A stretch of DNA of 64,000 nucleotides, taken from an uncultured Gemmatimonadota bacterium (GTDB taxonomy: Bacteria > Gemmatimonadota > Gemmatimonadetes > Gemmatimonadales > Gemmatimonadaceae). Shown here piece by piece: positions 8,790 through 17,634 of this stretch. How positions within the stretch are numbered: the stretch's first letter is position 1; each line of letters begins with the position of its first letter. The DNA lies in the NCBI GenBank assembly GCA_902826615.1, contig CADEFN010000012.1:4521-68520 (forward strand). Direction: 5' to 3'. Under the pieces are notes generated by a model. The model worked only from the letters and a program-made list of their open reading frames with translations, had not been told where the DNA came from and searched no databases. The translations under genes were made by a program, and so were the position numbers.

Positions 8790-9592
8790 GGGCGCCTGTC
8801 GTCCGCGCGGCAATTCTGACCCTCGCCTTCGTGCTCGGCATCGGCCGCGTCGGCCACGCGCAGCTCGTCGTCCACGATCCGGCGGTGACGCTCCGCAATT
8901 CGATCACGGCCGCCGTCAAAGAGGCAGAGGTCGCGTTGCAGCGCTTGCAGCACAGCCAACTGCGGCGCATGGCCCAGCGCCTCAGCATGTTTACGAACCT
9001 GGGCAAATACGGCCTGCCGAACGCGCCGCTGTGGCGCATCCACGACTGGCAGAACCCCGCGGCCTTCTTGTTCTCGCGGGCGTACAACGCCGCCCTCAAC
9101 TACGGAGACGCGGGCGGCGTGGCGTTCCAGGACGTCAGTCAGCCCGTGCTGCCGGCGGCAGTCGCCCTCGGCATGCTGCCGTCAGCCGCTCGACGGGCCC
9201 TGACCGCCCAGCTGGCGACGTTGGACGTGGCGACCGCGTCAGCCATCACCGCTACCCACGACACGGGTCAACTGCGGTTCAACGGGCGCCGGGAACTGAC
9301 AGCCATCGAAGCGCTCGAATTCGACGTCACCGATGGCAGCCTGGCGCAAAGCGCCACGGCGGTGCTCGACAAGCTCAGTGGCGCCGTGCTGATAGGCGCC
9401 CGGCAGCGCCAGGCCCGGGCACAGCTCCTGTCCGGCGTGGTCGAACAGCTACTGGTCGAGGGCAAACGGGCCCGCGACACCGAGGCCGCCACCATGAACA
9501 TGCAACTGGTGGCGTGGCGCGACCGGGATGCTGCCAACGTGGCCTTTGTGGCCGGGTCCGGGGATGCCCTCCGCGTGTGGAGGCAGCCCTAA
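8786..9592 (+). CDS. TrbJ/VirB5-like secreted T4SS protein (copy 2)
   Basis: 268 aa from ATG 8786, with an ATGA overlap with the previous stop. The track ORF 8258..9592 over-extends. Sequence: signal peptide MRAPVVRAAILTLAFVLGIGRVGHA, QLVVHDPAVTLRNSITAAVKEAEVALQRLQ, and C-terminal EGKRARDTEAATMNMQLVAWRDRDAANVAFVAGSGDALRVWRQP. Confidence 0.55.
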   Translation: MRAPVVRAAILTLAFVLGIGRVGHAQLVVHDPAVTLRNSITAAVKEAEVALQRLQHSQLRRMAQRLSMFTNLGKYGLPNAPLWRIHDWQNPAAFLFSRAYNAALNYGDAGGVAFQDVSQPVLPAAVALGMLPSAARRALTAQLATLDVATASAITATHDTGQLRFNGRRELTAIEALEFDVTDGSLAQSATAVLDKLSGAVLIGARQRQARAQLLSGVVEQLLVEGKRARDTEAATMNMQLVAWRDRDAANVAFVAGSGDALRVWRQP

Positions 9593-9601
9593 CCGGCCAC
9601 C

Positions 9602-10453
9602 ATGCCGCCACAGCCCTCCCTGAACCTGATCCCGACCATTCAGCAGGCCATCGCCAGCCTGTTGACCACCTACGAGCCGGAATTCATCCGGCTCGGGTAC
9701 CAGCTGTTCTTGTCGTTCGCCACCATCTTGATCTCCTGGCACGGAATCAAGATGATGTTCTCGAACGACGGGCTCGGCGACCGGATGTTCGAGTTCGCGA
9801 AGCTGCTACTGTTCGTGGCGTTCGGCTACTCGTTCATTGCCTTCTACGAGAGCCCCATTCCCGGCATCGGGATCTCGTTCAGCAACCTGATCACGGACCA
9901 GACGGGCTACCTGCAAGCGGTCCTGGAGGCCCGGGCGTTCGACAATATCTACCGGCACTTCGACGCGTTGTCGGAGCACTTCATGCAGCCGGATCCGTGG
10001 TCGATCCTGGCGAATTTGATCTACTGGACGATCCTGGTCGTCATCGCCGGGGCCAAGGCGATTTCCATGGCCGTCATCGCCTTCGGCCTGATTGCTAGCG
10101 CCGTGTGCGGGCTGTTGGGCCCACTGTTCGTGCCGTTCTTCATCGTGCCCAAGATGGACTGGCTGTTCTGGGGCTGGCTGCGATCGTTCATTCAGTATTC
10201 GTTCGTGCCCGTTGTGGCCATCGCATTCCTGATGGTGTTCGAGCAATTCGTATTCCGGTACATCACGACGTTGCCACCGATGATCACCCAGGCGGAGTAC
10301 GGGGTCTACGCACTACAGGCGTTCGCTGTCGTAGTCACCTTCTGCGCTGGCATCCTGCTCGTGCCGTCGCTCACGCAGTCCATCTTCTCCGGTTCAAGCG
10401 GAGACAGCGTGCTACCCACGCGCGTGAACGTGGGGCGGTTCTTCCGCGGTTAG
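9602..10453 (+). CDS. virB6: polytopic inner-membrane T4SS protein, VirB6/TrbL-like
   Basis: 283 aa with at least 6 hydrophobic helices. It occupies the position after TrbJ-like genes, as in Trb operons (trbJ-trbL). Confidence 0.65.
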   Translation: MPPQPSLNLIPTIQQAIASLLTTYEPEFIRLGYQLFLSFATILISWHGIKMMFSNDGLGDRMFEFAKLLLFVAFGYSFIAFYESPIPGIGISFSNLITDQTGYLQAVLEARAFDNIYRHFDALSEHFMQPDPWSILANLIYWTILVVIAGAKAISMAVIAFGLIASAVCGLLGPLFVPFFIVPKMDWLFWGWLRSFIQYSFVPVVAIAFLMVFEQFVFRYITTLPPMITQAEYGVYALQAFAVVVTFCAGILLVPSLTQSIFSGSSGDSVLPTRVNVGRFFRG

Positions 10454-10462
10454 GAGTTTGTC

Positions 10463-10615
10463 ATGGCTCGCCAGTGGTCTTCAGCTCGCCGACGGGACGA
10501 GGAGTCAGTGTCTCCCGGAGTGTCGCGCCTCGTGATCCTTGTGTTCGTCGTTGCCGCCGTGCTCGGGCTGACCACCGGCGTGCTCTGGGTCGGCTGGAAC
10601 CTCGTTCGGCCGTAG
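10463..10615 (+). CDS. small single-pass membrane protein (50 aa)
   Basis: Below the track's size cut-off. Read by hand: MARQWSSARRRDEESVSPGVSRLVILVFVVAAVLGLTTGVLWVGWNLVRP. GGAG lies 8 bp upstream and the ORF fills the B6-B8 gap. There is no Cys, so it is not a VirB7-type lipoprotein. Confidence 0.35.
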   Translation: MARQWSSARRRDEESVSPGVSRLVILVFVVAAVLGLTTGVLWVGWNLVRP

Positions 10616-10636
10616 CCGTCGCGCAAGGGGAGACCG

Positions 10637-11338
10637 ATGCGGCCGCCGACCGGTGACATCAACCCGAAGTCCGTGGAGAGCGCCAGGCGGCAGTTCGTCG
10701 AGTTGTACGGCTCCGCCCTGGTCCTCAACACCTACCTGAAGATCGCCTTGGTCCTGGTGTCCCTGGTGGCGCTCGGCCTGATCGGTCTGAACGTCCACAC
10801 GGCTGCTCGCGCGTCCGAGGTCAAGCCGCTCGTCATCCGGATCGACGACGTGGGCCGGGCCGAAGCCGTGGCCTACGACGCCACGAGCTACCAGCCCCAG
10901 GCGCCCGAGCTGCGCTACTTCCTGACGCAGTTCGTGGTGAAGCACTTCAGCCGGATTCGGGCCACCGTGCAGCGCGACTACCCGGACTCCCTGTTCTTTC
11001 TGGAGCCCGCCCTGGCCGACGCCACGATCGCCCAGAACGACCAGAGCCGCGTGCTCGAAACCTTCGTTACCAACCCCGTGGCTGACGAAGTGGACGTCGT
11101 GGTGCAGAACGTCAGTCTCAGCGAACTGACGACCGTGCCGTTCAAGGCCACCGTGACGTTCCAGAAGGTCTACTACGCCCCCGGCACGCGCAACGAGCGC
11201 AGCCGCGAAACGCATGTGGCGCAGCTCCAGTTCGCGCTGCGCGACCGTGTGCCCAACGCGTTCGTCCGGGTGAACCCGCTGGGGCTGCAGGTCGCCTACT
11301 TTCGCGTGGACCAGGCGTTCGAGGAGCGGGCGCGGTGA
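10637..11338 (+). CDS. virB8: T4SS protein VirB8/TrbF
   Basis: 233 aa. The N-terminal TM helix (LKIALVLVSLVALGLIGL) is followed by KPLVIRIDDVGRAEAV...ELRYFLTQFVVKHFSR and the C-terminal NPLGLQVAYFRVDQ. NPLG is the motif I associate with TrbF/VirB8. Confidence 0.75.
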   Translation: MRPPTGDINPKSVESARRQFVELYGSALVLNTYLKIALVLVSLVALGLIGLNVHTAARASEVKPLVIRIDDVGRAEAVAYDATSYQPQAPELRYFLTQFVVKHFSRIRATVQRDYPDSLFFLEPALADATIAQNDQSRVLETFVTNPVADEVDVVVQNVSLSELTTVPFKATVTFQKVYYAPGTRNERSRETHVAQLQFALRDRVPNAFVRVNPLGLQVAYFRVDQAFEERAR

Positions 11339-11625
11339 TTGCCAACTGCGCCTTCCTGGCCGCGCTCACCGTCTTCCTGCTGGCCGGATGGCTGGCCGGC
11401 GAACTGCGCTTTCTCGCCCCACATAAGTCCCTGCTGTTTCACCTCTACGCGCCCCTGCTGGGCGGCGTCACCCTGGTGCTCTTTCTGAATCTCTGCGCGA
11501 TCTACTACAGCGTGGCCCGCTGGCTCTTCCTCCGCGAGACCGGCCGGAAGCTGCTGCACCTCGACCGCCAATTGGCTACCGACGACACGGCGATCGAGGA
11601 CCTGCGGCCGTTCCTGAAATCGTAG
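11335..11625 (+). CDS. small membrane protein (96 aa, 2-3 TM)
   Basis: The GTG start overlaps the virB8 stop. The N-terminal two-thirds are hydrophobic. No family was recognised. Confidence 0.45.
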   Translation: MIANCAFLAALTVFLLAGWLAGELRFLAPHKSLLFHLYAPLLGGVTLVLFLNLCAIYYSVARWLFLRETGRKLLHLDRQLATDDTAIEDLRPFLKS

Positions 11626-11634
11626 GAGGGTCCC

Positions 11635-12570
11635 ATGTTCAGAGAGATGGATGCACGCGCCCACGAGCGCGAACAGGCGGAGCCTGACCGCGGCGGCCGC
11701 GGCGGCATGACGCCGTTGGGAATCGACGGTCCAGAGGCGGCGCGAGACGCCCTGACGCACGACCTCGACCTGCCGCGTGGTCGGTCGCGCGAGCGCGTCC
11801 AGGCGCATGGTCGCGAGTATCGGTTGTCGGGTTCCGAGGTGCGGACGCTGGCTGCCGCCGGGGCGTTCCGTGTGGTGCCGGCGGGGGAGCTCACGCCCTC
11901 CGATACACGGACACCAACCCGGCCGTCGCGCGAGATCGAGCGCTTGGAATCGGCCGGCTTGGTGAAGACGACCCCCTACATCGTGGGGCGCACACGCACG
12001 CGTCTTGTCATGCTCACCGACCGCGGCCGTGACCTGCTTGAGGCCCACCGTCGTCCGGACCAGGGGCAGGCGCGCCAGGCCTTCTATGCCGGTGTGGCCA
12101 AGCCGAAGGAGCTGGCGCACGACACCCGGCTCCATCAGGCGTACCTGAAGGCCGCCGACCGCCTGTCTTCCCGGGGCGTCCGCGTGCGGCGCGTGGTGCT
12201 CGAGGACGAGCTGAAGCGCGACTACCAGCGCTTCCTGCAGGCCCAGAACCGCGGCCGGTCCGACAGCGATGGCACGCCCATGCGCGATGCCGAGGCCATC
12301 GCCGAGTGGGCGCGTGCCCACCAGCTGCCGTACCACGACGACCACGTGAACCTGCCCGACGTGCGGCTCGAGTGCGAGGACCGCGACGGGCGCCTCGTGA
12401 TCGAGGACCTCGAGGTCGTCACGCCGCACTACCGAGGCGCGCACGCCGCCGCCAAAGCGCGGTCGGGCTTCACGCGCTACCGCGCGGCCGGCGCCCGCGT
12501 CAGTGGGTCCGGGGGCTCCGGACGGGGCGGTCGAGGGCGGGACGCGCGCCTGGCCGAGGAGCTGCTGTGA
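11635..12570 (+). CDS. hypothetical protein with winged-helix-like segment (possible relaxosome/replication-relaxation accessory)
   Basis: 311 aa. IERLESAGLVKTTPYIVGRTRTRLVMLTDRGRDLLE looks like a MarR-type wHTH. The Gly/Arg-rich tail overlaps the next start (TGATG). The function is a guess from context. Confidence 0.5.
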   Translation: MFREMDARAHEREQAEPDRGGRGGMTPLGIDGPEAARDALTHDLDLPRGRSRERVQAHGREYRLSGSEVRTLAAAGAFRVVPAGELTPSDTRTPTRPSREIERLESAGLVKTTPYIVGRTRTRLVMLTDRGRDLLEAHRRPDQGQARQAFYAGVAKPKELAHDTRLHQAYLKAADRLSSRGVRVRRVVLEDELKRDYQRFLQAQNRGRSDSDGTPMRDAEAIAEWARAHQLPYHDDHVNLPDVRLECEDRDGRLVIEDLEVVTPHYRGAHAAAKARSGFTRYRAAGARVSGSGGSGRGGRGRDARLAEELL

Positions 12571-13559
12571 TGACGTCCGCCGACCGTATCCAAGGCGTCA
12601 TCGCGGCGGGTTTTACGGAGCGCCAAGCCCGATTCCTCGAGGCCGTGTTGCTGCACTCCGGGGTGTGCCTGGGACGTCAGTATCTGGCGCACCGGGGTGT
12701 CGTGCGCGGCCGGAAGCAGCACGACTTCTTCGCTGCGCTACGGGCCCGCCGGCTCGCCACGCGGTATCCGACGGCCCACCGTCGGGCGCACCTGTATCAC
12801 GTGCACGGGCGCCGGCTGTACCGGGCGATTGGAGAACCTGAAAGCCGCCACCGCAAGCCGATCGCCCTGGCACGGGCCGTGGAGCGCCTGATGGTGCTCG
12901 ACGCCGTGCTGGGCAGCCCCGAGATGCGATGGCTGGGTACCGCGTCAGAGAAGATTGCCTACTTCATCACGGCCACGAGCCTGCGCGTCGAGGAACTCCC
13001 GCATCTGGCGTTCGGTGTTGCGGGCGCGCGGCAGGTCCGCACGTTCCCCGACAAGCTCCCGATTGGGGTCACGGACGACGGGCGCACGCACGTCTTCCTC
13101 TACGGCGTCACCGGGGAGGTCTCGCTGGAGTTTCGGACCTTCCTTCAGCGTCATGCGGAGCTGTTCCGGGCGCTGCCCGAGTGGGAGATCCGGCTGCTCG
13201 TGCCCCGGCATCTGGCCGCCGCAGCCCCGCGGTTCGAGGCGGTCGTGCGGGACGAGTTGGCGCGTCCTCTGCGGCTCGATGCCATTTGGGAACTGCACTG
13301 GTACTTCGAGCAGCGGCAGCGGGTCGAGCGGGGTGACGCGGCCGAGGATCAGGCCGAGTTCAACCGGCTCGGCCAGGTCTTTCGAGCGCCTCGGTTCTGG
13401 GCCCTCTACCGCGCCTGGCAGCAGGAGGGCGACGCCGTGCTGAACGGCCTGGCCTCGTCTGTCTTAGCCGACGCAATGGGGCGATTCCGCGGGCGCGTCA
13501 CGAGCCAAGTGATGCCCCACAACTACCAGCACTTGGCCACCCTGGTGGGCACGGCATGA
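12570..13559 (+). CDS. hypothetical protein (possible replication-relaxation family)
   Basis: 329 aa from ATG 12570. The track ORF 12306..13559 over-extends. The N-terminus MTSADRIQGVIAAGFTERQARFLEAVLLHSGVCLGRQYL resembles the start of plasmid replication-relaxation proteins as I recall them. This is unverified. Confidence 0.45.
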   Translation: MTSADRIQGVIAAGFTERQARFLEAVLLHSGVCLGRQYLAHRGVVRGRKQHDFFAALRARRLATRYPTAHRRAHLYHVHGRRLYRAIGEPESRHRKPIALARAVERLMVLDAVLGSPEMRWLGTASEKIAYFITATSLRVEELPHLAFGVAGARQVRTFPDKLPIGVTDDGRTHVFLYGVTGEVSLEFRTFLQRHAELFRALPEWEIRLLVPRHLAAAAPRFEAVVRDELARPLRLDAIWELHWYFEQRQRVERGDAAEDQAEFNRLGQVFRAPRFWALYRAWQQEGDAVLNGLASSVLADAMGRFRGRVTSQVMPHNYQHLATLVGTA

Positions 13560-13578
13560 GGTCGGGAGGGGGAACACA

Positions 13579-13613
13579 GGGGGGAACACTGACTGGGGAG
13601 CAGTGTTCCCCCC
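13579..13613. promoter_or_regulatory. perfect 13-bp inverted repeat GGGGGGAACACTG-N9-CAGTGTTCCCCCC (terminator or oriT-type hairpin)
   Basis: Read directly. It lies 20 bp after the stop of 12570..13559 and is preceded by a direct half-repeat GGGGGAACACA (13568-13578). Confidence 0.4.
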
Positions 13614-13762
13614 ACCGATGGGTCGATTGCGCAGGAACTGTCGTCTCGAGTCGCGCGGAGTGGGGCGCGTAAGCCATTGCACATCAGCGCGATAGCCGGT
13701 ACTGGGCGCTCAGTCGACCGATACCTTCCAGCCGCAGGCAGACAGAGGAAGTAGGGAGGTTT

Positions 13763-13833
13763 GGGTGTGAGCGACCCCCCTCTCGCGCCCCGACGTTCGT
13801 CGGAGCCGCAACCCAAGGGGGTCGCTCACACCC
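13763..13833. promoter_or_regulatory. perfect 17-bp inverted repeat GGGTGTGAGCGACCCCC-N37-GGGGGTCGCTCACACCC (candidate oriT/regulatory hairpin)
   Basis: Read directly. The loop contains a small inner palindrome, CGACGTTCGTCG. It lies in the 324-bp non-coding gap upstream of the 98-aa gene and the coupling protein gene. Confidence 0.35.
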
Positions 13834-13883
13834 CGTCATGGTGAATCTGCAGGGCAACCTGCGCAGCGACAAGGAGGTCGGTC

Positions 13884-14180
13884 ATGTCCGTGATCAAACC
13901 GCGCACACGCGGCAAGCAACAGGTGCTGCACCGCACGCGCCTCGACCGCGAGAACCACGAGACGTTGTACGCGTACGCGCAATTCATTGGCGAGTCGCCC
14001 GACTACGTGCTCAACGAGGTGATCGACGTGGTGCTCGCACGCGACAAGGAGTTCGCGACGTGGCGCAGCGAGCACCCCGAGTCGTACGCGCCCGCGCCAC
14101 TGCCACGGCGTGCGCCCGCACGTCGCGGGGGCAGGCGTGCGTCACGGCCGGATCCGGCGCCCGTGCCGGCGAACGCGTAG
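13884..14180 (+). CDS. small basic protein (98 aa), possible DNA-binding accessory of the coupling protein/relaxosome
   Basis: AGGAGG lies upstream. The sequence is MSVIKPRTRGKQQVLHRTRLDRENHETLYAYAQFIGESPDYVLNEVIDVVLARD followed by a Pro/Arg-rich tail. It sits immediately 5' of the T4CP gene. Confidence 0.45.
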   Translation: MSVIKPRTRGKQQVLHRTRLDRENHETLYAYAQFIGESPDYVLNEVIDVVLARDKEFATWRSEHPESYAPAPLPRRAPARRGGRRASRPDPAPVPANA

Positions 14181-14201
14181 CCATCACCGCCTGGAGACGC
14201 C

Positions 14202-16190
14202 ATGCTTCGCGCACTCGTGGACGCCAGACGCATCGTCGCCCTCGCCGTGGCCGGCGCGGTGGGCGCGTGGGGCCTGTCCGCGTACCCGTTTGTCCCCGAC
14301 AACGCCTTTCTCGGCCTGATCGATGTGCGCGCGCCCCGCGTGTTCGCGCTGCTGCGCTACGGCTACGCCACGCTGTGGTTCAGCACGCCGTTCCTGGCCG
14401 CGTCGCTGATGGTGTCGTTGGTGGCGATCGTCGTGTATCGCCGCGTGCCCAGCGCGCAGTTCACTGCACTGCCACCGTACCCGGAGCCAGAGTCGCGTCC
14501 GGCGCCCACACTCGTGCTGGGCGAGACGCACTTCGAAGCCACGCCGGGCCGTGCGCCGGCGCCCCAGTGGCTCACGATCCCCCAACGCGGGCTCTATACC
14601 GGCATCATGGTGCTGGGCGCCGTGGGCACCGGCAAGACGTCCGCGTGCATGTATCCCTACGTCGACCAGTTACTGCGCTGGCGCGGCGTTGATCCCGACC
14701 GGAAGATCGGCGGACTCGTCCTGGAAGTGAAAGGCGACTTCTGTGGCCAGGTGCGCGCCATGCTGCAGCGCGCGGGACGCGAGGCGGACTACGTCGAGAT
14801 CGGGCTCGACTCGGGCATCTGCTACAACCCGCTGCACAACGACCTCGACCCCTACGCCGTGGCCTACGCCATCGCCACACTGCTGAACAACCTGTTCGGC
14901 AAGTCGAAGGAACCGTTCTGGCAGCAGGCCTACACCGACCTGCTCAAGTTCGTGATCCTGCTGCGGCGCATCACCGACGGCTACACGACGTTTTCGGAGG
15001 TGTACCGCTATGTGCTGGAGGACGGGCAGATCGATCGCGACATCCGTCGACTGAAGGCGGAACTGGCGAATCCACCCACCGTCCTGCGCATTCGACAGGT
15101 CGATCATCAAGCGCACTGCACGCAGGTGCCGTGGCGACACTGGCACGTCGAGGACGACGACCACGTGGCGCACCCGTACGAGGCCGACCTCGAAGCCTTC
15201 CTCGCGGCGCGCCATGTCGGTTACGTGGTGCAGAAGGCCCAGGGCACGGCATGGACCGCGCGCAAGCTGCAACTCGAGGCCGTCGAGCGCTGGTACGTGC
15301 ACGGCTGGAGCAAGCTGGATGCGCGCCTGCGATCGTCGATCGTCGAAGGCGTCGTGGTGTTCCTGTCGCTGTTCGACGACAACCCGGCCGTGCATCGCAC
15401 CTTCTGCCCGCCGCGCCGCGCGTACACCGAGGATCCGGCACCAGGCGAGCCCCGACCACTTCCGTCGTTGACCTCACTACTCGAAAGCGGGCACGTGCTC
15501 GCGCTCAACTTTCCGGTCGGCCTGAACCCTGGCTTGGCGCGCATCCTGGGCGTGATGCTGAAGCTCGACTTCCAGCGCGCGATCCTGCAGCGCATCCCGC
15601 AGATCACGGCGCATCCGACACGCCCGTGGCGCGACCTGCTTTTCGTGTGCGACGAGTATCACGCCTTCGCCACCGTGGGCGAGACTGACCCCACGGGCGA
15701 CGAGCGCACCTTCGCCCTCTCTCGGCAGGCGCGGCTGATGCCCATTGTGGCCACGCAGAGCATCAGCTCCTTACGGTCGGCGCTGCCCGGCGACGAGAGC
15801 TGGCGCACGCTCCTCCAGTGCTTCCGCACCAAGATCATCCTGGCCACCAGCGACGAGTTCACCGCGCGCACGGCGGCGGACTTGTGCGGCCGGCGCGACA
15901 AGCTGAAGGCGCACTACAGCATCTCGGAGTCGGGTCGCGACGCGCACATCTCGCTGCTCACGGGCCGCCCGACGGCCGGCAAGCAGTCGCTGAGCACGAG
16001 CAAGAGCTACGCGCCCCACGACGAGTACATCTTCCCGCCGCGCGTGTTCACGCAGCTCCAGAACGCCCAGGCCATCGCGCTGCCCTATGACGGCGTCAAC
16101 CCCCTGCCGCCCCAGTACTGCTACCTGAAACCCCACTATCTCGATGTGCAGCGCAGCTACTTCGACCACCTTGAGCTGGGACAGATATGA
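14202..16190 (+). CDS. virD4: type IV coupling protein (VirD4/TraG/TraD family)
   Basis: 662 aa with two N-terminal TM helices. Walker A: MVLGAVGTGKTSACMYP. Walker B: LLFVCDEYHAFATVG. IVATQSISSL follows. Confidence 0.85.
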   Translation: MLRALVDARRIVALAVAGAVGAWGLSAYPFVPDNAFLGLIDVRAPRVFALLRYGYATLWFSTPFLAASLMVSLVAIVVYRRVPSAQFTALPPYPEPESRPAPTLVLGETHFEATPGRAPAPQWLTIPQRGLYTGIMVLGAVGTGKTSACMYPYVDQLLRWRGVDPDRKIGGLVLEVKGDFCGQVRAMLQRAGREADYVEIGLDSGICYNPLHNDLDPYAVAYAIATLLNNLFGKSKEPFWQQAYTDLLKFVILLRRITDGYTTFSEVYRYVLEDGQIDRDIRRLKAELANPPTVLRIRQVDHQAHCTQVPWRHWHVEDDDHVAHPYEADLEAFLAARHVGYVVQKAQGTAWTARKLQLEAVERWYVHGWSKLDARLRSSIVEGVVVFLSLFDDNPAVHRTFCPPRRAYTEDPAPGEPRPLPSLTSLLESGHVLALNFPVGLNPGLARILGVMLKLDFQRAILQRIPQITAHPTRPWRDLLFVCDEYHAFATVGETDPTGDERTFALSRQARLMPIVATQSISSLRSALPGDESWRTLLQCFRTKIILATSDEFTARTAADLCGRRDKLKAHYSISESGRDAHISLLTGRPTAGKQSLSTSKSYAPHDEYIFPPRVFTQLQNAQAIALPYDGVNPLPPQYCYLKPHYLDVQRSYFDHLELGQI

Positions 16191-17164
16191 GCAGCCTGGA
16201 TCGCATTCTGCCGTTCCTGCGGCCCATCGAGGACCTGCTCGTCGACCCGGACATCACCGAAGTGATGGTGAACGCCGGCGGCCGACGCGTGTTCGTGGAG
16301 CGCAACGGCATGTTGGCGGCGGTGCCGGATCGCACGCTCGAGACCCGCAACCTCACGGTGGCTATCAAGAACATCGCCCGGGCGTGCGGCGACGAGATTT
16401 CGGACACGCAGCCCATCCTCGACGCACGCCTCGAAGATGGCTCGCGCGTGGCGGCGATGTTCCCGCCGTGCTCGGTGGATGGCCCGACGTTGACCGTGCG
16501 CAAGTTCACGCGGCGCTACGCGCTGGCTGATTTGGTTGCGGTTGGCACCCTGACGGACGCGCAGGCGGCGTCTCTGACGTCGGCCGTTCAGCAGGGGAAG
16601 AACATCCTCATCTCTGGCGGCACCGGTACCGGGAAGACCACACTCCTCAACGCGCTCGCCGCCGGCATCCCAACCGGCGACCGGATCGTGCTGATCGAAG
16701 AGACATCCGAGATCCGCATCGACCAGCCGAACGTCGTGCGCTTCGAGGCGCGGCGAGCGCAGACACCGCTCGGCCAGGAAGCGCCGACACCGCCAGTGAC
16801 GATCTCAGACTTGGTGCGAGCCACGCTCCGGCATCGTCCGGACCGCATCCTGCTGGGCGAGGTTCGAGGCGCCGAAGCCTTCGACTTGCTGCAGGCCTTG
16901 AACACGGGCCACCTGGGCAGTCTCACGACCATCCACGCGAACTCGGCGGAGCAGGCGTTGACCCGCTTGGCGCACTGCGTGTTGACGGCCAACGTCGGGT
17001 TGCCGCATCGGAGTATCCGCGAAGCCATCGCCCTGGCCGTCAACCTCGTCGCGCATCTGGCCCGACGGGACGGTCGACGCGTGGTCACCGAGATTGTCGC
17101 CGTGCTGGGCTACGACGCACCCTGCGAGCTGTTCGCGGTTGAGCCATTGGCGCCTCATCCCTGA
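16187..17164 (+). CDS. virB11: T4SS traffic ATPase VirB11 (CpaF/TadA-like)
   Basis: 325 aa. Walker A: ILISGGTGTGKTTLLNAL. Walker B: IVLIEETSEI. RPDRILLGEVRGAEAFDLLQALNTGHLGSLTTIHA follows. The start overlaps the T4CP stop (ATGA). Confidence 0.9.
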   Translation: MSSLDRILPFLRPIEDLLVDPDITEVMVNAGGRRVFVERNGMLAAVPDRTLETRNLTVAIKNIARACGDEISDTQPILDARLEDGSRVAAMFPPCSVDGPTLTVRKFTRRYALADLVAVGTLTDAQAASLTSAVQQGKNILISGGTGTGKTTLLNALAAGIPTGDRIVLIEETSEIRIDQPNVVRFEARRAQTPLGQEAPTPPVTISDLVRATLRHRPDRILLGEVRGAEAFDLLQALNTGHLGSLTTIHANSAEQALTRLAHCVLTANVGLPHRSIREAIALAVNLVAHLARRDGRRVVTEIVAVLGYDAPCELFAVEPLAPHP

Positions 17165-17182
17165 CCCGATAGACTTGGAGGA

Positions 17183-17482
17183 ATGGCCTTGGAGGATGTT
17201 GTGGAAATAATTGACATAAAAGCCCTCGCCCTGAGGGGCGCGAGCCTGGGGCTGAGCGAGATCGATGCAGAGCGGAAGGCCCTGCTCAGCGCGTTCCCAA
17301 GCCTTCGCCCAGCGGCGGGGACGCAAGAAGGGCCACCTCGCCGAAGTGGTACGCCTGGGCAACCAGCGCTGGCAACGACAAGAAGACGCCCGAAGATGAC
17401 CGCCGCTCAGAAGAAAGCTGTTGGGGCACGCATGAAGAAGTACTGGGCCGAGCGGAAGGCCAAGGAAGCCAAGAAGCGCTAG
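17183..17482 (+). CDS. hypothetical protein with Lys-rich C-terminus (99 aa)
   Basis: GGAGG lies upstream. The C-terminal KMTAAQKKAVGARMKKYWAERKAKEAKKR suggests nucleic-acid binding. It is the last gene before the tRNA-Thr fragment. Confidence 0.45.
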   Translation: MALEDVVEIIDIKALALRGASLGLSEIDAERKALLSAFPSLRPAAGTQEGPPRRSGTPGQPALATTRRRPKMTAAQKKAVGARMKKYWAERKAKEAKKR

Positions 17483-17634
17483 CCGATTCTGTGGGCCGGC
17501 ACGGGCGGCTTGACGCCAGAACCACGCTGAGCGCAGGGGGACTGGCCTGTGGCTTCGCGGGTGACTCTAGGCTGTGCGACTTCTCGGGACTAAGAAACAC
17601 ACCCGACTACATCGCAAGGCGACTCGCCCGCGGC

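Noticed and set aside
7878-8813. Long antisense ORFs throughout the window, for example 7878..8813(-), 10505..11215(-), 11296..12444(-), 14670..15395(-), 20352..21671(-), 21932..22891(-), 39337..40335(+), 49515..50621(-), 51943..52746(-), 55294..56547(-) and 58184..58951(-).
   Set aside because: They lie opposite genes with strong motif support. They are rich in Arg, Gly, Pro and His, as expected for shadow frames in high-GC DNA, and contain no recognisable domains.
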